This document shows, piece after piece, positions 44,787 to 53,764 of a DNA stretch of 64,000 nt. This stretch comes from a virus. Position 1 is the stretch's first letter; each line of letters begins with the position of its first letter. Made by a program: the position numbers and the translations under genes. The DNA lies in the IMG/VR virus record IMGVR_UViG_3300042508_000221, positions 1 through 64,000 of that record; one strand, 5' to 3'. Below the pieces are notes generated by a model that worked only from the letters and a program-made list of their open reading frames with translations, had not been told where the DNA came from and did not search any database.

Positions 44787-46540
44787 ACGACATATTCAAA
44801 GCAGCAGCAGGATACGCCGCCAATCAAGGCTGGCCGATGGTGCAGAACTGGGGCATGCGAGAAGACGGCGGGTGCATGTGCCATCGCCGCAAGTCATGCG
44901 CCACCCCAGGGAAGCACCCCATCCACGATGACTGGCTTCTTCATGTCACAACAGACGAAGACGTGATTGCGTCGTGGTTCGAGGATGACGCGATGTTCAA
45001 CATCGGCCTCCCCCTCGGCCCGTCCAGCGGTGTGATCGATACCGAATGGGACGACGAGAAGTCTTTTGCCACGGCGAAGAGGTTTGGCCTGCTCAACATC
45101 CCGACCCCCGGCTTCGTCTCCTCTCGTGGCGGTCACAGGCTCTGGAAGATGGACAAGCGTCTGATCGACATCTCGAAGGGCGTCAAGAAGATCGACGGAC
45201 TGGAGGTGCGGTTCGGTGGTGGCGGCAAGATGACGCAGTCCATCATCCCGCCCAGCGTGCATCACACGGGCAAGAAGTATGCGTGGGAGCCCGGTAGATC
45301 GCCGGATGAGGTCGAGCTGGCGACGATGCCAGAAGCTCTTGTGCTCGCGGTCATCGCCGCATGCGGTGGCGAAGGGGGGGAAGGCGAGATCACCAAAAAC
45401 ACGATCTACGAGCGGATCATTCAGGAGGGCGAGCGGAATGATGCTCTCGTCGCCTGGATTTCGTCAGAGATCATGCGGATGAGAGACCCACACGACCCCG
45501 TCGAGCAGCAGAACGTGCTGATGATCTGCCGGTCGCTCAACCAAACGCGGCTCGCAGACCCCCTAAAAGACCCGCAGGTCGTCTCAATCTGGCAGGGGCA
45601 GCTCCGCTGGGGCATGAAGGCTAGGGCGTCTGGGGCCACCAAGATCGCCAGCACCGACAAGGATGCCGACGAGAAGGTTCGCGAGATGAAGGCGAAGAGT
45701 CCACATACCGCCAGCGGTCTGGAAATCCGCAGCGGCGAGTGGTTCCCGGGTCTGTGGCGGCTCACAGTCGTTCACTCCGACCCCAAGGAGTTTCGCCTGG
45801 GCGTGCCCCTGCCTGGGGCCACCCAAGATGACGAAGAAGACGAGAAGATGCGGGTCTTCGTCTCGCTGACCAGCGCCGACTGGTCTAGCCCCATCGCCGT
45901 CGCCAGGAAGGTGCTCGAGGCCACAGGCACGATCGACGTGACCGACCCGAACCCCAAGGAGTGGGCCAAAATCTGGAACGGCTACTCCTACAAGCCCGAG
46001 GGGGAGAAGAAGACGGTCAAGGTGCGCGGCCTCAAGGTCAAGTTGATGGATGACCGCGACGAGGAGTGGCCGCCGGCCGAGCAGCAGCGGTATGCGGTCG
46101 TGGCTGGGTGGCTGCTAGACGGCTTGTCGAACATCGCCAAGCCGGAGCCGGACATGGACGACTCCATGCCCCACCCGTCGGGCAGGCCATGCTGGGTGCG
46201 GTCTGGCGACGGCACCTACGAACTCTACTTCTCGTGGACTCGCGTATTCGAGGACATCCAGAAGACGAGGAAGGTCAGGCTCAACGAGGGCGACATGGTG
46301 GCCCTGAAGAGGCGGATGCTGGCAGCCGCGGAAGAGAACGAGTTCAAGATCGAACGGGTGCGGACGGAGACCGGAGTCAGGCGGCGCTACGTCGTCTGGA
46401 CGCAAGCCCATATTGCCCATCTTGAAAACATTGCCCATCCTGACGGCATTCTTGGCCCAAAAGCCCTTATATATAGGGGCCAAATTGATTTTCAGGAACC
46501 AATTGTAGACGCGGGAAAGCTGGTTTGTGGGCCAGCGTGA
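44783..46540 (+). CDS. Bifunctional primase-polymerase (prim-pol) with PriCT-like region
   Basis: C.C...C..PGKHP, NIG...G..SGVIDTEWD, GGHR, PPSVH.TG..Y.W, EGERND. Confidence 0.85.
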   Translation: MNDIFKAAAGYAANQGWPMVQNWGMREDGGCMCHRRKSCATPGKHPIHDDWLLHVTTDEDVIASWFEDDAMFNIGLPLGPSSGVIDTEWDDEKSFATAKRFGLLNIPTPGFVSSRGGHRLWKMDKRLIDISKGVKKIDGLEVRFGGGGKMTQSIIPPSVHHTGKKYAWEPGRSPDEVELATMPEALVLAVIAACGGEGGEGEITKNTIYERIIQEGERNDALVAWISSEIMRMRDPHDPVEQQNVLMICRSLNQTRLADPLKDPQVVSIWQGQLRWGMKARASGATKIASTDKDADEKVREMKAKSPHTASGLEIRSGEWFPGLWRLTVVHSDPKEFRLGVPLPGATQDDEEDEKMRVFVSLTSADWSSPIAVARKVLEATGTIDVTDPNPKEWAKIWNGYSYKPEGEKKTVKVRGLKVKLMDDRDEEWPPAEQQRYAVVAGWLLDGLSNIAKPEPDMDDSMPHPSGRPCWVRSGDGTYELYFSWTRVFEDIQKTRKVRLNEGDMVALKRRMLAAAEENEFKIERVRTETGVRRRYVVWTQAHIAHLENIAHPDGILGPKALIYRGQIDFQEPIVDAGKLVCGPA

Positions 46541-46618
46541 CGTAAGTGGCTACTGACTAACACTTTAGGGTGGACCGAAAACCCGCCCACAAAACCCCAA
46601 GGAAGGAAAAGCGGTCCA

Positions 46619-48262
46619 ATGCAAGTTGCAAGGCTCATCGGTGGTGCTGGAACAGGGAAGACAACGGAGTTACTCGGGATCATGAAGTCGGTGCTCGAGC
46701 AGATCGGCGACACGCCGTCTGCCATCGGGTTTGCCAGCTTCACGACGGCGGCCCGCGAGGAGATGGTGAACCGGGCGGCAGCGGCGTTTGACTGCCACCC
46801 CTCCATGCTGGACAAGCATGGCTGGTTTCGGACGGTGCATTCGACGTGCTTCAAGATGCTCGACCTGAAGACCGAGCAGATGCTCACCAGGGACGACAAG
46901 GCGTCGAAATGGATCGCCGACCGGCTCCGCGTCTCGGTCTCGTGGAAGAAGGTCGGGGATAGCGGGTACGCGGCCTGTGTGGGCGACGACGAGGCGGCTG
47001 CCTCCCTGACGCTCTGGGACATCGCCAGAAGCCGTATCGTGCCTTTGGCCTCTGTTCACGCCGAGAAGTCCCATGCGGGGCTGGACGTGCCTCCTATCGC
47101 CACCGTGAGGCATTTCATCAGGAAGTACGAGGATGCCAAGCGGATCGACGGCAAATCCGACTTCGTGGACATCCTCGGCCGGTATGCCGGAGTGAGGTTC
47201 CCTTTGGAGGGGCCGGAGGAAATGGAGCCGGAGGGTGATTTGCCAGAGGGCGTGCAGGCGTGGGTATTCGATGAGGCTCAGGACTCGTCAGCACTGGTCG
47301 ATCGCGTCTGCCGGCGGTTGGCGTATGGGCGGGGGGTCAAGTGGACGTACCTAGCCGCGGACCCTTTTCAGTCGGTCTTCGGCTTCGGCGGCGCAGACTA
47401 CAACAACTTCCTGTCGTGGAACGTCGACAAGGAGCGGACGATGCCGCAGTCCTGGCGGTGCCCAAAGCCCGTAATGGAGCTTGGCGAGCGGTGCTTGCGG
47501 CGGATGCACAAGGGATACTTCGACCGGAAGATCGCCCCTGCATCCCACGACGGGTGCGTCATCCGCGAGGCGTCCGTCGAGCGGGCGCTGAGTCAGGTCG
47601 ATGGTAGCCGCTCGACACTGGTGCTAGCTCGCTGCAACTACTCGCTGGCGAAGTTCTCCCAGGTGCTCGAGTCTAGGCGGATTCCTCACGCCGGCATCAA
47701 CGACAAGGACGACACAAAGGGGCTGGTGGCCTACAACGCCTACTGGAAGCTTCAACACGGCCAGGGCATTGGAGGGCATGAGTGGAAGGCGGCCATCGAG
47801 CTGACGCCCGTAAAGGCTACTGGTGACGCCATCTTTCTGCGGCGGGGCGCGAAGTCGGCCTGGAGCAAGGGTGCCAGGGACGACGTTGACTTCATCGCGG
47901 CCGACGAAATCGCCGACCTCGGCGGCGTGACTCCGGCCCTGATGGAGCTGATCCAGTCTGGCGGATGGGCGTCCCTGCTGGACGGCGGGAAGAAGTGGTA
48001 CGACTCTGCAAAGAGGCACGGGCCGGCGACCGCGACGAAGCCGAATGTTCGTCTGTCGACCATTCACGGGGCCAAGGGGATGGAGGCCCAAGACGTGATC
48101 CTGGCGACCGAGACGGCCGCCCGCGTCGAGCAGGAGCGAGAACTTGACCCACGGTGCCACGACGAGGAGTGCCGGCTTGAGTACGTCGGCGTCACTCGGG
48201 CAAAAGAACGGCTGATTGTGTGCGAATCTGACGAACCCTACGCAATGGAGCTGCCACGCTGA
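46619..48262 (+). CDS. UvrD/Rep-like SF1 helicase
   Basis: GGAGTGKTT, FRTVHS, DEAQD, DPFQS, STIHGAKGME, YVGVTRAKE. Confidence 0.9.
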   Translation: MQVARLIGGAGTGKTTELLGIMKSVLEQIGDTPSAIGFASFTTAAREEMVNRAAAAFDCHPSMLDKHGWFRTVHSTCFKMLDLKTEQMLTRDDKASKWIADRLRVSVSWKKVGDSGYAACVGDDEAAASLTLWDIARSRIVPLASVHAEKSHAGLDVPPIATVRHFIRKYEDAKRIDGKSDFVDILGRYAGVRFPLEGPEEMEPEGDLPEGVQAWVFDEAQDSSALVDRVCRRLAYGRGVKWTYLAADPFQSVFGFGGADYNNFLSWNVDKERTMPQSWRCPKPVMELGERCLRRMHKGYFDRKIAPASHDGCVIREASVERALSQVDGSRSTLVLARCNYSLAKFSQVLESRRIPHAGINDKDDTKGLVAYNAYWKLQHGQGIGGHEWKAAIELTPVKATGDAIFLRRGAKSAWSKGARDDVDFIAADEIADLGGVTPALMELIQSGGWASLLDGGKKWYDSAKRHGPATATKPNVRLSTIHGAKGMEAQDVILATETAARVEQERELDPRCHDEECRLEYVGVTRAKERLIVCESDEPYAMELPR

Positions 48263-48738
48263 TGGACACGCTTTTCGATGTATCTCCCGACGAACCTGTT
48301 CGGTCTAAAGGGAAACGCCTTACTCGCGCGCAGCCTGTTGCTCCCTTACAAGAACCAGAAAAGCCGGTTCTTTTTAGGGCATTCCAGCAGGACAGAGCGA
48401 TCCTGCCCATCGGCATGATCGATCACACCTACGACTGCGCCGACGCCGCCTGCGGCACGCAGCTCCACGACATCCTCCACGAGGATGGCGGCGAGTGGTA
48501 TCTGTCGTGCGTGTTCTGCCATACCGGCCAGTGGGTAAAGGCGATCAAGGGTCACCTGAAGCCAAAGGAACGTGAGTTCGTGCTGCGAGACGGCCGCTTC
48601 GCCGGCCTCACGCTGCCCGAGGTGGAGAAGCAGCCGCGTGGCCTTGACTACCTGAAGTGGGCGGCCGAGAGCCATCCGCGACCGACTGTCAGGGCCGAGT
48701 GCCAAAGACATCTAGACAAGACATCTGGTGTTCGTTAG
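48262..48738 (+). CDS. Hypothetical protein with Zn-ribbon-like Cys pairs
   Basis: C...CG, CVFC; GRFAG.TL.EV...YLKW. Confidence 0.6.
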   Translation: MDTLFDVSPDEPVRSKGKRLTRAQPVAPLQEPEKPVLFRAFQQDRAILPIGMIDHTYDCADAACGTQLHDILHEDGGEWYLSCVFCHTGQWVKAIKGHLKPKEREFVLRDGRFAGLTLPEVEKQPRGLDYLKWAAESHPRPTVRAECQRHLDKTSGVR

Positions 48739-48759
48739 GCTACTGACACCCACATCGGA

Positions 48760-49125
48760 ATGGAGTCCGCGGTTATGTATGGCGCATCTACACGCTTCCG
48801 AAAGCACTCTGCCTCGTGCGACACGGTGGAGGTGTCGCTATACATGGCCGGCGACATCGAGCACGCAAAACAAGTCATCAGGTTGTATTGCAAGAACAAC
48901 CCGACGTGCGTGACCGTGACGCCGACGACGTTCATCTACCGCGGCGGCGAAGAGGCCGGTTTTGTTGTGGGGTTCCGCAACTATCCGAGGTTTCCGACCG
49001 ACTTGGCCGCGCTTGAGGCTCACGCCGCGCCTCTTGCAGACGAGCTGCGAGAACAGCTTGGGCAGGACTCGCACATGATCGTAACGGCCACAAGTACGAC
49101 GTGGAGCACCAACCGCGATGCCTGA
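48760..49125 (+). CDS. Hypothetical protein
   Basis: CVTVTPT.FIY.GGEE.G...G..NYPRFP. Confidence 0.65.
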   Translation: MESAVMYGASTRFRKHSASCDTVEVSLYMAGDIEHAKQVIRLYCKNNPTCVTVTPTTFIYRGGEEAGFVVGFRNYPRFPTDLAALEAHAAPLADELREQLGQDSHMIVTATSTTWSTNRDA

Positions 49126-49966
49126 GTATCATTTTCTCAACCTGGGTGCGGGCGTTCAATCAACTGCTCTGTACCTCATGAGCATCGACGGTAGTGAGCC
49201 AGAAGTGCCGAAGTTTGATGCCGCGATCTTTGCCGATGTGCAGGAGGAGCCAGATGAGGTCTACACACACCTCGAGCACCTCAAGACGCTCGGAGGCCCG
49301 CCGATCATCGTGACCACTGCGGGCAAGCTTGGTGACGCACTGGATCACAAAGGAAGCGGAAAAACAGGGCACTACACAGCAATCCCGTCTTACACGCTCA
49401 ACCCGACAACTGGCAGCAGGGGGATCATCCAGCGTCAATGCACCGCCGACTTCAAGGTGAAGCCGATTGAACGCACCATTCGCGAGGAATGCGGAGGTCA
49501 GTTTGGTAAGCCCCTGCCGAAAGGCGTCGTTGTTCACCAGTACATGGGCCTATCTTTTGACGAGCCGAAGCGAGTGATCCGAGTTAAGCAGCGGTTCCTC
49601 GCCAAGCCAGCAAGCTGGCAAGTTCATTTCCCTCTTTGGGAAATGCAGATGACGCGATCCGACTGCGTGGCGTACCTAAATTCAAGGATAACCTATGAGG
49701 TGCCACGATCTGCTTGCGTGTTTTGCCCTTTCAAGGCGGACTCGGAGTGGCGCAGGCTCAAGGAAGAAGACCCGAAGGGCTGGGAGCGGGCGGTGCATAT
49801 CGACAAGGTGTGCCGCACTGGGAATGGTCTAGATTCCCATCGGTATCTGCACAAGGCGTGCGTGCCGCTTGATCAAGTTGACCTGCGGCCTGCCGACGAG
49901 AAGAGCGGCCAGAAGCACCTGTTCAGCGGGTTTCAAGACGAGTGCGAAGGCTACTGTGGCAATTAG
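49118..49966 (+). CDS. PP-loop (PAPS-reductase/QueC-like) protein 1
   Basis: LNLGAGVQS, IFADV.EEP, RQCT..FK, SACVFCPF, ECEGYCG. Confidence 0.75.
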   Translation: MPEYHFLNLGAGVQSTALYLMSIDGSEPEVPKFDAAIFADVQEEPDEVYTHLEHLKTLGGPPIIVTTAGKLGDALDHKGSGKTGHYTAIPSYTLNPTTGSRGIIQRQCTADFKVKPIERTIREECGGQFGKPLPKGVVVHQYMGLSFDEPKRVIRVKQRFLAKPASWQVHFPLWEMQMTRSDCVAYLNSRITYEVPRSACVFCPFKADSEWRRLKEEDPKGWERAVHIDKVCRTGNGLDSHRYLHKACVPLDQVDLRPADEKSGQKHLFSGFQDECEGYCGN

Positions 49967-50020
49967 GCTACTGGCCGACACTCACAAAGGATCGCCGCCG
50001 AAGAAGCCAAGCGAAAACCT

Positions 50021-50872
50021 ATGAAAAAGCGAATCCTAAACCTCGGAGCTGGCGTCCAGTCGACGGCTCTGTACCTGATGGCGATGGACGGCGAGATCGA
50101 GCCGTTTGACGTGGCGATATTCGCCGACACCCAGGAGGAGCCGGCTGATGTTTATCAGCACTTGGCTTGGATGGAATCACTGGGCGGCCCCACGATTTTG
50201 AAAGCGTCGGCTGGAAGCCTTGGTGACTGCCTGCTTGCCGGCAGCGATGCCCGCGGCAATATGAGGCGAGACGGTTCGCACTTCTCTTCAATTCCCGCCT
50301 ACGTCATGGACGGAGACAAGAAAAAAGGCATCGGCCAGCGGCAATGCACGAAGGAGTTTAAGGTCGATGTCGTCGAGAGGGTTATCCGCCGTCAGATATT
50401 CGGCGTAGAGCCGGGGCGACCGCTGCCGAAAGACTCCGTCTGCGTTCAGCTAATGGGGCTGTCTTTCGACGAGCCGAAAAGAGTAATCCGCGTCAAGCAG
50501 CGGTACTCTGCGAGGCCGAAGCAGTGGCTGGTTGAGTTCCCGCTATTTGACCTTGAGATGTCGCGAGGCGACTGCGTGTCTTACCTGAAGGACAGGGTTC
50601 CGCACAAAGTGCCACGGTCGGCGTGCGTCTTCTGCCCGTACAAGACCAACAAGGAATGGCTTGAACTAAAAGAGACAGACCCAGTCTCGTGGGCCAGGGC
50701 CGTGCAGATCGACGAGGGCGTCCGCGGCGACGGGTCTCGCGGCCTGAACTTCCTTCACCGCTCGTACCAGCCCCTGGCTGTTGTCGACCTGCGATCCGAG
50801 GAAGAAAAGTCTGGTCAGAGGTCTTTGTTCTCGAATTTCAACGACGAGTGCGAAGGCATGTGCGGCGTATAG
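50021..50872 (+). CDS. PP-loop (PAPS-reductase/QueC-like) protein 2
   Basis: Tandem paralog with the same motifs. Confidence 0.75.
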   Translation: MKKRILNLGAGVQSTALYLMAMDGEIEPFDVAIFADTQEEPADVYQHLAWMESLGGPTILKASAGSLGDCLLAGSDARGNMRRDGSHFSSIPAYVMDGDKKKGIGQRQCTKEFKVDVVERVIRRQIFGVEPGRPLPKDSVCVQLMGLSFDEPKRVIRVKQRYSARPKQWLVEFPLFDLEMSRGDCVSYLKDRVPHKVPRSACVFCPYKTNKEWLELKETDPVSWARAVQIDEGVRGDGSRGLNFLHRSYQPLAVVDLRSEEEKSGQRSLFSNFNDECEGMCGV

Positions 50873-50877
50873 GCTAC

Positions 50878-50906
50878 TGGACGATACTCCCGGCGTAGTT
50901 TAGATT
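50878..50906 (+). promoter_or_regulatory. Candidate sigma70 promoter for csrA-queD-queE
   Basis: TGGACG, 17 nt spacer, TAGATT. Confidence 0.4.
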
Positions 50907-50936
50907 CTCCCCGCACACAACGGAAAGGATTCCCGT

Positions 50937-51125
50937 ATGGCACTCTGCTTAACACGTCGCCCCGGTCAGAAGCTGATTCTGGATCGACCGCATATCGAGA
51001 TCACGGTGGAATCCGTGGTCGGCAAGACGGTGCGTCTGGTCATCGACGCCCCCAGGCACGTCAAGATCGTGCGTGAGGAGCTGATCTATCGGGCTCCGCC
51101 GAAGACCGAGGAGGCCGCGTCGTGA
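50937..51125 (+). CDS. csrA: Carbon storage regulator CsrA/RsmA homolog
   Basis: L.LTRR.G..L.....IEITV..V.G..VRL.IDAP..V.I.REEL. Confidence 0.9.
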   Translation: MALCLTRRPGQKLILDRPHIEITVESVVGKTVRLVIDAPRHVKIVREELIYRAPPKTEEAAS

Positions 51126-51526
51126 TCGTCACAGTCACCAAGCAGTTTCACTTCTACGCAGCTCACCGCAACGAAGAGATCGGCGGCAAGTGCGCGAACA
51201 TTCACGGGCATCGCTACGGTCTGACCGTCACGGTAGCAGGACAAAGAGAAGGCAGCGTGACCGTTCTTTTTGAGCAATTAGAGCGATGGGTGCAGGCTGA
51301 AATAATCGATCCGGCAGATCACTCGCTCATGCTGAACCGCGAAGACCCAGCGGCCGATGCCCTTCTGGCATCCGGCGCATGCGGGAAGGTCTTCTGGGTG
51401 AGCGGCCCGACATCGTGCGAAAACATTGCAGAGCTTTTTTTCTCAATGTTGCAGTCAGTCTGCGCCTCGGTCGTTTCGGTAACGCTGAAGGAAACCGACA
51501 CATCCTCAGTCACGGTGACGGCATGA
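51122..51526 (+). CDS. queD: 6-carboxy-5,6,7,8-tetrahydropterin synthase
   Basis: F.AAH, C.NIHGH.Y, DH..L, TSCENIA, ET. Confidence 0.9.
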   Translation: MIVTVTKQFHFYAAHRNEEIGGKCANIHGHRYGLTVTVAGQREGSVTVLFEQLERWVQAEIIDPADHSLMLNREDPAADALLASGACGKVFWVSGPTSCENIAELFFSMLQSVCASVVSVTLKETDTSSVTVTA

Positions 51527-52107
51527 AGCTAAAACTTGCCAGCCAGGGCGTGTATTGGACGATCCAAGGCGAAGGCCACTTCGCAGGCGAGCCGATGGTT
51601 TTCATTAGGCTGGCAGGATGCTCCGTCGGCTGTCCGAAGTGCGACACGAACTACAAGCCCTCTCGCGAGGCAACGGTTGATGAGATCGTCGCCGAGTGCG
51701 TGCGTGCGCGCGACGAGAACGGCCGTGCGAAGTACGTCTGGGTGACCGGCGGCGAGCCAACCGACCAAGACCTGACCAAGCTAAATCGGGCGGTTTGGGA
51801 CGCTGGGTTCAAGCCGTGTCTTGCGACCAGTGGCATACGGAAGGTCGGGGGTCACTGGTGGTGGCTTTCCGTCTCGCCACATGCGAACGGCTTTGAGCAG
51901 CGGATGGGTGCCGAGCTGAAGCTCGTGCCTGGGCTGAACGGCCTCTCGTTGGACGACATCGACCTCTCTGGCACCGACTTCGGATATCGCTATGTCCAGC
52001 CTATGGCGGGCAACGCGGAGTCTCTTGTCGCCTGCATCGAGTGGGTGAAGACCCACAGCGACTACACCCTCTGCCAGCAGAGCCACAAGGAATGGGGTGT
52101 GCCATGA
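51523..52107 (+). CDS. queE: 7-carboxy-7-deazaguanine synthase (radical SAM)
   Basis: TIQGEG...G.P.VFIRLAGC..GC..CDT, TGGEP, SVSP, QP, Q.HK. Confidence 0.9.
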   Translation: MKLKLASQGVYWTIQGEGHFAGEPMVFIRLAGCSVGCPKCDTNYKPSREATVDEIVAECVRARDENGRAKYVWVTGGEPTDQDLTKLNRAVWDAGFKPCLATSGIRKVGGHWWWLSVSPHANGFEQRMGAELKLVPGLNGLSLDDIDLSGTDFGYRYVQPMAGNAESLVACIEWVKTHSDYTLCQQSHKEWGVP

Positions 52108-52511
52108 AGGCCGTCTACCTAGCTGGGCCGATCAACGGGTGCTCCGACGACGAGTGCATGGCGTGGCGTTCCAGAGCGCGGAAGCTCCTTGAAGGGCAGT
52201 TCGACATCTACGACCCGTTGGATCGCGACTTTCGTGGCTGCGAGGCTATTTATGCAGAAGCAATTGTCAACACAGACCTGCACGCGATCGCCGCCTGCGA
52301 CTTTTTGCTCGTGAACGCTTCTCGCCCCTCCTGGGGGACGGCGATGGAGGTGGTTCGGGCATGGGACAGCGGCAAGGGCGTCGTCGCGTTCTCCGATGCG
52401 GAAGCACCAAGCCCGTGGCTGACGGTTCATACACACGCGATCGTCAAGTCGCTCGAGGCCGCCGTTGTGTTCGTGATGAACTTCGACGCGATGGCGAGGA
52501 GCCGCACATGA
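52104..52511 (+). CDS. Nucleoside 2-deoxyribosyltransferase-like protein
   Basis: VYLAGPI, WR, DL..I..CD, SWGTAME, SPWL. Confidence 0.8.
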   Translation: MKAVYLAGPINGCSDDECMAWRSRARKLLEGQFDIYDPLDRDFRGCEAIYAEAIVNTDLHAIAACDFLLVNASRPSWGTAMEVVRAWDSGKGVVAFSDAEAPSPWLTVHTHAIVKSLEAAVVFVMNFDAMARSRT

Positions 52512-53185
52512 CCGTCTACCTCGCCAGCCCCGGCAACCAGCAGCAGGCCGAGCATGTGAAAGATATGCCGGTGCTCCTGTCGTTCGGCTTGTACGACCCG
52601 TTTCTGGACAAGTACCAGCATTCGTTCCGTCGGCTGCTGATCGATAGCGGCGCGTACTCGGTGCTGAACTCTGGGCAGAAGATCGACATCGCAGCGTATG
52701 CCGACTGGTCGCTCCGCTGGGAGGGCCACGCCGATGCGGTCGCCGGTCTTGACGACATCGCAGGCGACTGGCGGCAGAGCCTCCGCAACTACGAGGCGAT
52801 GCCGAACGGATTTCCTACTATGCACGACTCTGACCCGCCGGAGTTGCTGAAGGATTTGGTTGCCATCGCTCGCGAGCGAGGCAACTGGATCGGCATCGGC
52901 CTTGTGCCGCCCCGCGAAGGCAAGGAGCGGTTCGTTCGCTGGGCATGCGACAACATTCCCGAGGACATGCACATTCACGGCTGGGCCTTGCGAGCGTACA
53001 CAAAGGTCAGGCGGCTCGACAGCGTCGACAGCACGAACTGGTGGCGCGACGCATTTAAGGTTCGTCGGGATTTGCCGTGGCTGACCTACGGCGAGGCGTT
53101 GGAAATCATTGTGAAGCGGTATCAGCGTGAAAACCGCGTGATCGTCGATGACACTCAGAAAACCATGTTTGAGGAGGTCGCGTGA
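52508..53185 (+). CDS. dpdA: TGT/DpdA-like guanine transglycosylase
   Basis: LIDSGAYS, LDDI, P..H, IGIG, HIHG, DSVDSTNW; clustered with queD and queE. Confidence 0.7.
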   Translation: MTVYLASPGNQQQAEHVKDMPVLLSFGLYDPFLDKYQHSFRRLLIDSGAYSVLNSGQKIDIAAYADWSLRWEGHADAVAGLDDIAGDWRQSLRNYEAMPNGFPTMHDSDPPELLKDLVAIARERGNWIGIGLVPPREGKERFVRWACDNIPEDMHIHGWALRAYTKVRRLDSVDSTNWWRDAFKVRRDLPWLTYGEALEIIVKRYQRENRVIVDDTQKTMFEEVA

Positions 53186-53424
53186 GCAAGAAGAAGCCAG
53201 CTTTCAGCGTCGAGCAGTCTCTCGCCGGTATCGCGAAGACGGTCCACGAGCTGCGCGAGGAGGGCGAGTCGACCGACCGCATGGTGGTGGTCGCCAGCAG
53301 GGGGCTCGCCGCCTTGACTGCCCGCGTCGAGGCTCTGGAGAAGTCGTGGGCAGCGGTGCTGTTCGATGTCGAGCAGCTCAAGAAGCCGCCCAGAACGTGG
53401 TTCCAATTTCTCAACGGCGAGTGA
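53182..53424 (+). CDS. Hypothetical protein
   Basis: GGAGG SD, GTGA coupling. Confidence 0.55.
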   Translation: MSKKKPAFSVEQSLAGIAKTVHELREEGESTDRMVVVASRGLAALTARVEALEKSWAAVLFDVEQLKKPPRTWFQFLNGE

Positions 53425-53549
53425 TGCTCCTGGGCATGAATGAAATCGAACAGTCGATCAGCGTCTGGCTGAACGTCGCGACGCTCCTCGTGTTCGTTGG
53501 GGCGGTCGCGTACATCAGCCTCATCCCGTACATGACGAGGGATAAGTGA
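53424..53549 (+). CDS. Small membrane protein
   Basis: Single hydrophobic helix; TGATG coupling. Confidence 0.45.
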   Translation: MLLGMNEIEQSISVWLNVATLLVFVGAVAYISLIPYMTRDK

Positions 53550-53764
53550 AACCCCCTGCACCGATCGACATCGACGACGAGTTGTTCTGCATGGTGTGCA
53601 GGCCGTCAGAGGACGGGGCGGCGTCGTATGTCGACTGCCGCTTCGATAGCGTCCCTCCGACGAATGACGATCCAGACTATTCGGAGAATCCAGACGCGCT
53701 GCGGAAAGTCGCGGCGTGGCTGGTGAAGGCGGCCGATTGGCTTGAGAAGGAGCAGGGGCGATGA
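53546..53764 (+). CDS. Hypothetical protein
   Basis: Coupled ORF. Confidence 0.55.
   Translation: MKPPAPIDIDDELFCMVCRPSEDGAASYVDCRFDSVPPTNDDPDYSENPDALRKVAAWLVKAADWLEKEQGR

Noticed and set aside
49118-50872. Sulfate-assimilation cysH auxiliary gene or complete Dnd phosphorothioation system
   Set aside because: The motifs differ from CysH (GAGVQS, ECEG.CG rather than ECGLH) and no other cys or dnd genes are present.
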